In this document: positions 17,866-25,615 of the stretch, piece after piece
Position numbering within the stretch: position 1 is the stretch's first letter
Layout: every line of letters starts with the position of its first letter
Virus record (IMG/VR): IMGVR_UViG_3300009509_000019
Source of the DNA: an uncultured virus (IMG/VR IMGVR_UViG_3300009509_000019)
Taxonomy: Duplodnaviria > Heunggongvirae > Uroviricota > Caudoviricetes
DNA length: 64,000 nt
Reading direction: 5' to 3' (one strand)
Notes under the pieces: generated by a model
The model's input: only the letters and a program-made list of their open reading frames with translations
Databases searched by the model: none
What the model was told of the DNA's origin: nothing
Position numbers and translations under genes: made by a program

Positions 17866-18368
17866 TTGTGTCTGCCTCCTCCCGCCATTAAGCGGAGCAA
17901 ATCGTTGGTCATATCCAATGCTGTCAACAGCCTCGCAGCTTCGGTGCCATACATGAAGTTGAAGTACGCACCTCTGGCAAGGTAGTGGATAGGCTCGCCA
18001 AACAGGTTGCACTCCTCTGCTTCTCTAGCGCCCCATGACCTGCGCTCATCACCGTCAACATATGTGGTTGGTGTCCAGTTGCCTGACGGTGCGAGGTACA
18101 AGGCATGACGCAGCGAGTCCTTGTCCCATCCCTGTGCGTGGATACACGTTCGCCCCACGGTGCAGATGTTGTCTGAGAGTTTCACATTTCTCAGGCGCAC
18201 AAACTCTGGTGCTAAGCATGTGACAACAGGGATGATCTCAGGCAGTCGTGATTGGGCGCACGTATCAGCATACGCACGCGCTGCCTGCATACTGACAAAC
18301 AGCCTCCTTGTTGCTAAGACCCTGTGACCATCATCCGTCAGCAGGGTCACTTGGTATCGGGTTACCAT
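17826..18368 (-). CDS. Hypothetical early protein
   Basis: 180-aa ORF tiled with neighbours. Confidence 0.55.
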   Translation of the reverse strand: MVTRYQVTLLTDDGHRVLATRRLFVSMQAARAYADTCAQSRLPEIIPVVTCLAPEFVRLRNVKLSDNICTVGRTCIHAQGWDKDSLRHALYLAPSGNWTPTTYVDGDERRSWGAREAEECNLFGEPIHYLARGAYFNFMYGTEAARLLTALDMTNDLLRLMAGGGRHKWPITAMDVSIYT

Positions 18369-18540
18369 CCTCGTCTAGTTCCTCCATGGTCATGCCCTCA
18401 AACGTCACCCCGGGCATACCCCAAGTCGTGTCCTCATTGGGACTTGTCAACATCCACGCGATCACATCCATAACAGCTTCAGCTTTCTCCGCTGAAGCGG
18501 TGATATGCAGATGAATCACATGTTCCTTAGTTTGTGCCAT
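18331..18540 (-). CDS. Small acidic hypothetical protein
   Basis: GAGG RBS; tiled with neighbours. Confidence 0.55.
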   Translation of the reverse strand: MAQTKEHVIHLHITASAEKAEAVMDVIAWMLTSPNEDTTWGMPGVTFEGMTMEELDEDGNPIPSDPADG

Positions 18541-18835
18541 ACGATTATCCTCTGTTGCATCTCGCGGTTGAGCCATTGCGAGAACTCCTTGGTGTTGATG
18601 AGATATCCACCATACTCCTTGATGAGTTCCTTCATGTGTGGAATCTGATCGTCAGGCTCCATGGCATGAATCGCATCCCAATCAATGACAGGCTCGGGCC
18701 TGCCGTCGCTATTTATCCTCCACCTTGGCTTGCTCACGGCACACCTCGCACTTGCAATGTATCTCCTCAACCTCCTCGCCATTTGCCAGCGCGAGGGCCA
18801 ACAGGAACTCAACGTTGGGGCAATAGCCCTGCTCG

Positions 18836-19195
18836 TTATCCCTGATTATCGCCATCTCCTTCATCCGTCCCATGCTCCATCTCCTCTATCAACGTGGTTA
18901 AAAGAATGTCAGCCAAGGTATTGTGACCATCTCTCACACGGTCACGCGCCCCACGCAAGATGCGCTGATAGCGCGCCTCGGTGCTCGGCTTGGTCACATT
19001 CGCCAACACACTCAAGAACCTGCCAGAATTGTCCAGCTTGCCCTTCAGTTCCTCAATGCGCTCAGCCTGTGCCAGCTCGGTGTAGCGCATATGCAACACC
19101 ATATGAGCGAGCAAGCCCAGCTTGGTATCAATCTCCTTGCGGAGTTCACGCATGAGGTTGATCGCTTGGTCGTGGTCAACCTGATATCTAGCCAT
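18836..19195 (-). CDS. Coiled-coil hypothetical protein
   Basis: GAGG RBS; helical composition. Confidence 0.55.
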   Translation of the reverse strand: MARYQVDHDQAINLMRELRKEIDTKLGLLAHMVLHMRYTELAQAERIEELKGKLDNSGRFLSVLANVTKPSTEARYQRILRGARDRVRDGHNTLADILLTTLIEEMEHGTDEGDGDNQG

Positions 19196-19376
19196 GGTCA
19201 ACTAGCCTCTCTACTAAATGCGGGGTGAGAAACAAAGCACACGCCAACGCCCCCGCGAGCATTGGATGTATGCCAAAGCCTGACTCGATCCATGCCATGC
19301 CTTCCAATGCGAAGAACATGGCCATGAGCGTGCAGACCTGTGTACACAGCACGTTGAAGTGATTGATGAGCCGCAT
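19188..19376 (-). CDS. Small two-TM membrane protein
   Basis: Two hydrophobic stretches; TGATG coupling to the upstream gene. Confidence 0.5.
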   Translation of the reverse strand: MRLINHFNVLCTQVCTLMAMFFALEGMAWIESGFGIHPMLAGALACALFLTPHLVERLVDHG

Positions 19377-19672
19377 CAGTCAACGCTCAACTTGCACGAA
19401 TCCCACACGTTGCCGTGGAAGTGCGTCTCGATCATCCACTCCCTGTGCCGTGGATTGATACGCTCGCCACGCTCACGCAGCTTCGTGATCTTGTGCTTGA
19501 GTTGCTTGGCGGTGAGGTCAACGAAGTCGTCGCGGTCAATGGTGCCCACTCGCGTCCACTTGTTGCCCTCAACAACGTGCAGAGACATGCTGGATACTGC
19601 CGAAGGCATACCAGCCCCGATGCGAGCGCCCTTGCGGAACACTCTTGATACAGTCTTGAGATTAACTTTCAC
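19376..19672 (-). CDS. Basic hypothetical early protein
   Basis: GTG start after purine-rich RBS GGAGGAAGGAA. Confidence 0.55.
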   Translation of the reverse strand: MKVNLKTVSRVFRKGARIGAGMPSAVSSMSLHVVEGNKWTRVGTIDRDDFVDLTAKQLKHKITKLRERGERINPRHREWMIETHFHGNVWDSCKLSVD

Positions 19673-19692
19673 TTCCTTCCTCCTTCTCCATG

Positions 19693-19997
19693 CAAATGTC
19701 ATGACATTTGGGGTTAAATGTCATGGTCAAAAAGGGACGAATGTCCCTATGAAATCAACGTGTTATCGTTAAATGTCCAAATGTCACGCTGTTTTTGAGT
19801 GTACTACGGTATAGCGGTGAACTCGCGCTTCACCATCACACCGCTTGAGGACTCACAAAACATTATCGCTCCTCTATACTCTATGACATTTTGACATTTA
19901 AGATAGATAGAGAGAAAACTATCTATGCAGTCAATGACTTGCGAGCGAATTAAATGTCATAGTGGGGTGTGACATTTGCCTGACATTTGTGACATTT
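19693..19997. repeat. Array of AAATGTC(A) repeats in both orientations with IHF-like boxes; putative replication origin
   Basis: Perfect 18-bp palindrome CAAATGTCATGACATTTG (19693-19710). AAATGTC at 19716, 19771, 19779, 19952; TGACATTT at 19884, 19892, 19970, 19981, 19990. AATCAAcgtgTTA at 19753-19765. Confidence 0.8.
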
Positions 19998-20032
19998 GGC
20001 ACCGCGACACTTCGGCTGATAGCGCGGCGCGC

Positions 20033-20058
20033 AAAAAAGGCCGTGATGTCACGGCCTT
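20033..20058 (-). terminator. Rho-independent terminator
   Basis: Minus strand AAGGCCGTG-acat-CACGGCCTT followed by a T-run, immediately after ORF 20063-20236. Confidence 0.85.
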
Positions 20059-20062
20059 GTGG

Positions 20063-20236
20063 TTAGTCCTCGTCGTGAACCATTGGCGAGGTGCGAATGA
20101 GATAGGCGCGCCGCCACTTGCTAAGTGGGTGCGGTTCTCTCCCTGTGCCACCGACCCAATCGCACGCGATTAGTTGGCAGCGGTTCTCGTCTTTGTCCCG
20201 AAACGGACAGACGAGGTTGTAGCATGGTTTATCCAT
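20063..20236 (-). CDS. Small Cys-rich protein
   Basis: MDKPCYNLVCPF...C....C; RBS AGGAG. Confidence 0.5.
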   Translation of the reverse strand: MDKPCYNLVCPFRDKDENRCQLIACDWVGGTGREPHPLSKWRRAYLIRTSPMVHDED

Positions 20237-20298
20237 ACGTACTCCTACGATGTTGTGGTGAAGCGGTAAGGCCATGCAAATGCTGCCGCCAATCCGGG

Positions 20299-20832
20299 TT
20301 ATGCAGCCTTATCGACTGCGGTCAGTTTCATCTTGGCACACGCCTCGGACAGAGCTTTCTTGGCTTCCGGCGCTGATACCCCATGCTTGAGAGCATTGAG
20401 GCAAGCGCGCTCGATTGCCTTGATATAGTCCTCTGCCGTTTTCTCCTTTGCGGCTTTGGGCTTGGATTCCTCATCCAGACGCCGACGAATGTCAGCTTCA
20501 AAGTTGAGGATACCCTCAGCGTTCATCGTGGCCAGCGCATTGCGCTTACCGGGCTGAATTGAGCCGGTGAAGATGTGCGCTTCACGATCGTAGGGGAACG
20601 GGATGTTCGGCACGAAGCAGCGGCGGAACGTGGGGCCGAAGCCGATCAGTTCCGCAGCGGCGGATGCCTTGTTCGCCCACTTGATGTCACCGAATTCGAT
20701 GACACGGGCCACGCAGTTGACGGCCCAGTTGTAGAAACGCTCTTTGAGTTTGGCACGCGCTGGATCAGCGAAGTACCGAGCGTCGGTTGCGAACTGCGAT
20801 TTGGTGAGGTTGCTAAAGAGTTTGAGTTCCAT
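20299..20832 (-). CDS. First gene of early arm, hypothetical protein
   Basis: 177 aa, RBS AGGAG, Ala/Lys-rich C-terminus. Confidence 0.75.
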   Translation of the reverse strand: MELKLFSNLTKSQFATDARYFADPARAKLKERFYNWAVNCVARVIEFGDIKWANKASAAAELIGFGPTFRRCFVPNIPFPYDREAHIFTGSIQPGKRNALATMNAEGILNFEADIRRRLDEESKPKAAKEKTAEDYIKAIERACLNALKHGVSAPEAKKALSEACAKMKLTAVDKAA

Positions 20833-20835
20833 TTT

Positions 20836-21240
20836 CCATCTCCTGAAGATGGATCGGCGGCAGCATTTGTATGGCCTCAAGTGGCTGAGACGTTGCATCT
20901 CAGCTTTGTCCATACAGTCAGAGCGATTTGTTGTCAGCACTCTGACACCCGTACGCGCTCCCACAGCGGGGTTCACACGTTGGGTCAGCCTAAGGCGCAG
21001 GTAGTCGCCGGTAGGTCGGTTGGGGTAGCCTCAGCGTGTTGCCAGCACGCACGTTTCTTGTCAGTACCTTGCCCTCGCCCTCGCATGGGGTCGCATCGTA
21101 CTCGACGGTCGCAGACCGCGTTTCCGCGCTGCCCATGCCCTGTTCGGGGTTAGAGTCCAGATGCGCCGTAGCGCCCGCGGCTTCACCCGCGTCCTCGACC
21201 GGTTACGCTTGCGCGCCTCGCTGTCTACTCTGGATTCACT
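20836..21240 (-). ncRNA. Putative structured leader or non-coding RNA
   Basis: About 400 nt with no credible ORF and several hairpins: CCATCT/AGATGG, TGTATGG/CCATACA enclosing GCTGAGA/TCTCAGC, GTCAGAG/CTCTGAC, GCGTG/CACGC, CGGTC/GACCG. Confidence 0.4.
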
Positions 21241-21326
21241 TAGGGCATATTTAATGAAACGGGCACCCCGGCATGGACACGCCCCCCCGGTCAGGCGGCG
21301 GCCATCATCTAAGTCCGCCATACCGC

Positions 21327-21356
21327 TTGACAAAAAACACAATGCGCATGTAATCT
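21327..21356 (+). promoter_or_regulatory. Putative sigma70 promoter for rightward arm
   Basis: TTGACA (21327-21332), 18-bp spacer, TAATCT. Confidence 0.55.
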
Positions 21357-21388
21357 ACCCCGCATCAAACCGCCGAATTTCTGACACC

Positions 21389-21730
21389 ATGAAAATAAAC
21401 ATCATGACACGACATGACATACGTCTTGTAGACGTAGTGCTCTTTTTCCGTGATGGTACGAACTTCGGCTTCACGACCCGTACGGATCCTCAGCGCAGCT
21501 ATGGTCGGACGCTCGAACCCATGACCATGAACTCGCAGCACATCGTCGGCCGTCTCATGCCTGACGTGAAGAAGGTTCTCGTCAAGTATGAGCTCAACGG
21601 CCACGCCATCGAGTACGAGCATTTCCCGACCGCCAACGACGTTGACATCAACATCCGCCTGACCGGGCGGTCGCTCGGTGAGGAGCTGCTCAGAAATAAA
21701 GCGTTGGAAGCCGTGGAAAAATATGGATAG
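21389..21730 (+). CDS. Hypothetical protein
   Basis: 113-aa ORF directly after the putative promoter. Confidence 0.6.
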   Translation: MKINIMTRHDIRLVDVVLFFRDGTNFGFTTRTDPQRSYGRTLEPMTMNSQHIVGRLMPDVKKVLVKYELNGHAIEYEHFPTANDVDINIRLTGRSLGEELLRNKALEAVEKYG

Positions 21731-21739
21731 AATCTACCC

Positions 21740-22057
21740 ATGGCCAAGATCAGCAACGTGCGCGAGTTTGTACCCGAACTGTGGAGCGAGCAGATCATCA
21801 AAGAGTTCAAGTTTCACATTCACCACAACCACATCACCATGAAGCGCAGCAAAGGTGAGAGGTTACTGCGTGCGGCCGCGCAGGGTGCATCTCAGGAAGA
21901 ACTTGATAAGATCGACAATGACGAACCAACAGCCACAGTAGGAGAGCTGTATGATTTTCTCAAAGAGGAGTGGGCTAACGACGCTGCTGATGCTCTGCGG
22001 TATGCTATTGACGCAGACATCATGGGCAACCTGTCCACCGGGGCACGAACGAAATGA
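21740..22057 (+). CDS. Miniature major-capsid-like protein (105 aa)
   Basis: FVPELWSEQIIKEF and WANDAADALRYAIDADIM align without gaps to capsid FIPELWSGKIIEKF and WADDASEQMKIDIDTDVL. Confidence 0.7.
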   Translation: MAKISNVREFVPELWSEQIIKEFKFHIHHNHITMKRSKGERLLRAAAQGASQEELDKIDNDEPTATVGELYDFLKEEWANDAADALRYAIDADIMGNLSTGARTK

Positions 22058-22799
22058 CTCGTGCGGAGACGAGGCGGATAGCATCACAGCTAGCGCTACA
22101 GGATCCGCAGAGGCTACATCAAGTAGCACAGCTTCTGCAGAGTCAACCAGTAACGCCACTTCAAGCTCGGGCGGTAATAGCCAATCCATCAATATTTCTG
22201 AATCTCACCCGTCATCTCTCAAAATCCGCAACGTTGCGTCACCGGATACGCCTAATCCATACCCTACTGCGCCTTGCAGGGTCGGCGTATCTGGCGGGTT
22301 GTCGATACCGGGCGGTGCGCTGAGCGGCGGTGGGAGCGTTGAAGATGAGGAGTGTACGCTCCGTGAAACCGCGAGGTCGTTCAAGGATCTCGGAGTTCCG
22401 GAGGTCGGCCTTTATCTTCTTTGCACGCAGTCTGATGTGGTACTTGGCCGCCGCAACAAAAGGGGCGAGATGGAGAAAGGAGAGCCAGAGCCTCTTGGGG
22501 CCACTGAATGTCTACGACTCGTACGGGAATTTCAAGGGAGTCCTGATGAGCATGACCTTGTCGGAGGCAACGTTGAGGAACTTAGGCGCGAGTTGGAGGT
22601 TCTGCAGGAGCAGCTCGATCAATCCGAATCAGCGCACGAAGAACTTGCCAAAGAGCTTGCTGAAGTACGCGAAGTCCGTAGTCGTCCCGCCCCGCGACCT
22701 GCCGCAGCTCGACCCCAAATTATCCAACAGGAGTACCTATCAGCAGACAAGCGAGCAAAGCTGGCGGCACTCGTATCTGACGAGGAGACGGAGAAATGA
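21951..22799 (+). CDS. Exported protein with Ser/Thr-rich linker, Cys-containing domain and coiled coil
   Basis: Signal-peptide-like N-terminus, RBS AGGAG, C..GVSGG....G..SGG....DEEC..RE.AR...LC pattern. Confidence 0.7.
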   Translation: MIFSKRSGLTTLLMLCGMLLTQTSWATCPPGHERNDSCGDEADSITASATGSAEATSSSTASAESTSNATSSSGGNSQSINISESHPSSLKIRNVASPDTPNPYPTAPCRVGVSGGLSIPGGALSGGGSVEDEECTLRETARSFKDLGVPEVGLYLLCTQSDVVLGRRNKRGEMEKGEPEPLGATECLRLVREFQGSPDEHDLVGGNVEELRRELEVLQEQLDQSESAHEELAKELAEVREVRSRPAPRPAAARPQIIQQEYLSADKRAKLAALVSDEETEK

Positions 22800-23059
22800 A
22801 TAAATTTGTCAGTGAGAACGGAGGGATCCTTGCTGTACTGGCAGTATGCGCCGTGATCGGCGGTGCGTATATCGAGTGGCGCATCGACGTCAACGTAACA
22901 TCCAAGGTGAATGCGCAGGGAGCGATTACGCCGGATCAACTCGCACTCGTCTCGTCAAAATTGGAGGGCATTAAAGAGGATGTCTCCAAACTTGAAGGCG
23001 ACAATGATCGCTTGGAGGACAAGATCGACCAAGTGATCGGTATTCTCTTGGAGGACTGA
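22796..23059 (+). CDS. Membrane-anchored coiled-coil protein
   Basis: One TM helix and a heptad C-terminus; ATGA coupling. Confidence 0.65.
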   Translation: MNKFVSENGGILAVLAVCAVIGGAYIEWRIDVNVTSKVNAQGAITPDQLALVSSKLEGIKEDVSKLEGDNDRLEDKIDQVIGILLED

Positions 23060-23481
23060 TGTTCGACTGGTTCTATAACTGGCTGGATCCAAAGATTCTG
23101 AAACTTGAGCGCTGGGTCAATAAGAAGGTTGTCGAAATTGACAAGATCGACATTGATCTGGACAAGGTCAAGAAATTGGAGGTGAGGGAGAATCCCATGT
23201 TTCGTAACCCCCCTGATTCTGGGAAGAACGGCCCCTTCATCACCAACCTTCAGGGTGGCGAGGTCGTCGAGTACATAAGTGGCCCCGGGGAGATGGAAGC
23301 ATTCGCTCTGCTTCGTTTTGACGACGAACTCTGGTGGCGTCACCGCGATGCGGGGACTACTGAGGACTTTCGCCATCCTGCTTTTTCGGACATGAAACAC
23401 TTTTTCGAGTATGCGATAGGCGACGTCGAAAAATACTGGGAATGTGTTTTGCGGACAAAGGCGCAGCAGTGTGGAGACTAG
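23059..23481 (+). CDS. Hypothetical protein
   Basis: TGATG-coupled 140-aa ORF with GGAGG RBS. Confidence 0.6.
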   Translation: MFDWFYNWLDPKILKLERWVNKKVVEIDKIDIDLDKVKKLEVRENPMFRNPPDSGKNGPFITNLQGGEVVEYISGPGEMEAFALLRFDDELWWRHRDAGTTEDFRHPAFSDMKHFFEYAIGDVEKYWECVLRTKAQQCGD

Positions 23482-23992
23482 GCGTGAAGCTATCGCGTTA
23501 CTGTCGCCAAAGGGGTGCGCAGGGGCTGAGCTCGGTGTTGCTGGCGGATCTCTTACTAAGCGCTTTCTCGATTTGGGCCATTTCTCTGAATTTCATGCTG
23601 TAGACAAATGGGACGATGCAGGACATCCGAAAGCGCAATACGACGCAGTCGTGGAGAAACTGAAAGACTACGAGGAGTTAACGATATGGCGTACCACTGC
23701 ACAACAATGGTTGCAGACGATCCCGGATGGGAGTCTTGGTTTCATCTATGTCGATTGCTACGCGCATACGGGACAGGACGATGGAGAGATATTAACGCTC
23801 GCATGGCCGAAATTGGCCGAAGGTGGGCTTTTTTCAGGAGACGACTATGATCGGAGGAATTGGCCAAGGACTTTTCAGCGGGTTAATGAATTCGCAAACC
23901 GCGTCCAGCGGACAATTAACGTCTACGACAACCACGTCGGCCACGAGCACGGGGGGATGGATAAACACGCTGGGTGGTACTTCTACAAGTGA
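23471..23992 (+). CDS. Class I SAM-dependent methyltransferase (Methyltransf_24-like)
   Basis: AELGVAGG, AVDKW, FIYVD..H, W.KL..GG...GDDY. Confidence 0.85.
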   Translation: METRREAIALLSPKGCAGAELGVAGGSLTKRFLDLGHFSEFHAVDKWDDAGHPKAQYDAVVEKLKDYEELTIWRTTAQQWLQTIPDGSLGFIYVDCYAHTGQDDGEILTLAWPKLAEGGLFSGDDYDRRNWPRTFQRVNEFANRVQRTINVYDNHVGHEHGGMDKHAGWYFYK

Positions 23993-24203
23993 CACCATCA
24001 CCATCACACCGGGAGCCCACGTAACCATTCAGCCGTCCGCCCCTGTTGGGCAGATGGTACAGATCGTCAAGACGGGTGATGGGGAGTTCATACTCACCGG
24101 AAGCGGCGACACCCTTGGACTCTTGATGGATTACTTCTTGCAGTCGCCTGAGATGTGGCTGCGTCTCGCCGCAATGAAAGAACCGGAGGAAAATAATGGC
24201 TAA
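23847..24203 (+). CDS. Hypothetical protein with Ser/Thr-rich N-terminus
   Basis: AGGAG RBS 6 nt before ATG; overlaps the methyltransferase by 146 nt; start uncertain. Confidence 0.5.
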   Translation: MIGGIGQGLFSGLMNSQTASSGQLTSTTTTSATSTGGWINTLGGTSTSDTITITPGAHVTIQPSAPVGQMVQIVKTGDGEFILTGSGDTLGLLMDYFLQSPEMWLRLAAMKEPEENNG

Positions 24204-24423
24204 ACCCCGTTCTGGGATGATAAAGTCGAATCTGTTTATCGACCCGAAAGTACAGAAGGGTATGCAGTTTTTGGCTGAGAAGCGTGGGACAACGTTCTCA
24301 GCGCTCGTTCGTGAGGCAATGAGAGCATTCCTCATTGACGCTCTGAAAGAGGAGAAAGAGATTGCGAGTCTTGAAGCTGGGAGCGAGATACTAGGCGATG
24401 AACCTGCCGCAAACAGTGGGTGA
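24196..24423 (+). CDS. Ribbon-helix-helix DNA-binding protein
   Basis: SNLFID....MQFLAEKRGTTFSALVREAM, a CopG/RHH pattern. Confidence 0.75.
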   Translation: MAKPRSGMIKSNLFIDPKVQKGMQFLAEKRGTTFSALVREAMRAFLIDALKEEKEIASLEAGSEILGDEPAANSG

Positions 24424-24871
24424 TTTCAATGCGCTTTCTGATGCAGACTCTCGCTTGGCTGTTGAGATCGCGGTACAGATACGACCGATACCAGATATCT
24501 TGGTACAGTATAACTTATCCCGATCAGACCTCGTTAAAAAGCTCAAAGATCCTATGTTCAGGGACATGGTCAAACAGGCCAAGTCCCTGTGGCATAGCGA
24601 TCTCTCAGTCAAAGAACGCATCCGCCTCAAATCCCAGATACTCGTCGAGGACAGTATCTTGGAAATCTTTTCCATCCTCCATAACCGAGACAACGCAATC
24701 CCTGCGAGGCTGGACGCCTTTAAGCAGCTCGCAAGAGTGGCTGAAGTTGACCAACCCGAGCGCGGGAAAGGTGATACGGGTAACAGGTTCACCGTCTCAA
24801 TCAATCTTGGAGATACCATCCGGCCAGTCGTAATTGAGGGAACAAGCCATGGCGAAAATGAAACCGCATAA
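24398..24871 (+). CDS. Putative terminase small subunit
   Basis: HTH-like N-terminus, helical core, C-terminal FTVSINLG strand; upstream of terL. Confidence 0.6.
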   Translation: MNLPQTVGDFNALSDADSRLAVEIAVQIRPIPDILVQYNLSRSDLVKKLKDPMFRDMVKQAKSLWHSDLSVKERIRLKSQILVEDSILEIFSILHNRDNAIPARLDAFKQLARVAEVDQPERGKGDTGNRFTVSINLGDTIRPVVIEGTSHGENETA

Positions 24872-24974
24872 ACCTGCAAAAGTGAAGTCACCCATCTTGG
24901 AGAAGATGAAAGGCAAAACGCCCGGTGGCCCAATGACTCCCGGCGCAAAGAAGAAAAAGAAAAAGGTGAAGTGA
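24849..24974 (+). CDS. Lys-rich 41-aa peptide
   Basis: Manual translation MAKMKPHKPAKVKSPILEKMKGKTPGGPMTPGAKKKKKKVK; GAGG RBS. Confidence 0.55.
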   Translation: MAKMKPHKPAKVKSPILEKMKGKTPGGPMTPGAKKKKKKVK

Positions 24975-25300
24975 TGCCCACCAAAAAGAGTAAAACGACA
25001 AGCCCCGGAGTTCGTGGCAAACCCATGAAGAAGGGAGTTCGTTCACCAACGGCCCATCGTACGTTGGAGCAAGCCCAAAAGACTGCAGAACCGGGTGGAT
25101 ATCAGGCATCGAAAGAACGCAAAAAATACCGGGCTGATCTTGGAAAGCTGCCTTCCGCTGGAAAAGGCAGGGACAAAGGCCACAAAAAGGCTTTTTCCAA
25201 AGGTGGGTCAACCAAAAAATCAAACATCAAGTCCGTATCACGCAGCAAAAATCGTGGGCACGGAATGACGAGGGGGGCAAAAGCAAACAAAGGTAAATAG
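24971..25300 (+). CDS. Basic protein with HNH-like motif
   Basis: DKGHKKAFSKGGS...NIKSVSRSKNR resembles the DH..PLSKGG...NL......NR motif of packaging-associated HNH proteins. Confidence 0.65.
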   Translation: MMPTKKSKTTSPGVRGKPMKKGVRSPTAHRTLEQAQKTAEPGGYQASKERKKYRADLGKLPSAGKGRDKGHKKAFSKGGSTKKSNIKSVSRSKNRGHGMTRGAKANKGK

Positions 25301-25302
25301 TC

Positions 25303-25500
25303 ATGGCACAAGGAACATGTGAAAACTGTAAGTGGTTTGAACCTGACACCTCAACAGCGATTTCTGGTTACTGCCACAGGTGGCCGCCGGTAACGCTTCA
25401 ATATGCAGACACCACAACTGGCAGCTATGCAATGGAAAGTGCATACCCCCACATTCGTAAGAATAATGGGTGGTGTGGAGAGTGGAAAAATGCCAGCTAA
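25303..25500 (+). CDS. Small Cys-rich metal-binding protein
   Basis: CENCKWF...G.CHRWPP...P......WCGEW. Confidence 0.7.
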   Translation: MAQGTCENCKWFEPDTSTAISGYCHRWPPVTLQYADTTTGSYAMESAYPHIRKNNGWCGEWKNAS

Positions 25501-25615
25501 AACCAAAAAACAGCAGCGTTTCATGGGCATGTGTACCACGGCAAAAGGTCGCAAAAAAGCCAAGGGTAAGTGCCCGCCCAAAAAAGTCGCAAAGAAGTTT
25601 GCACGCAAAAAATGA
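25490..25615 (+). CDS. Basic 41-aa peptide
   Basis: MPAKTKKQQRFM...KKVAKKF, a pattern I recall from phage late regions. Confidence 0.65.
   Translation: MPAKTKKQQRFMGMCTTAKGRKKAKGKCPPKKVAKKFARKK

Noticed and set aside
19693..19997. CRISPR mini-array
   Set aside because: The repeats are only 7-8 bp, occur in both orientations and are irregularly spaced. There is no repeat-spacer structure.
20836..21240. CsrB/RsmZ-like sponge sRNA
   Set aside because: Only a handful of scattered GGA motifs are present, not a dense series in hairpin loops.
20833..21388. Track ORF extensions 20299-20976, 20575-21153 and 21161-21730 across the divergent region
   Set aside because: They have no RBS and Arg/Pro/Ser-biased composition. 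Better starts lie at 20832 and 21389.
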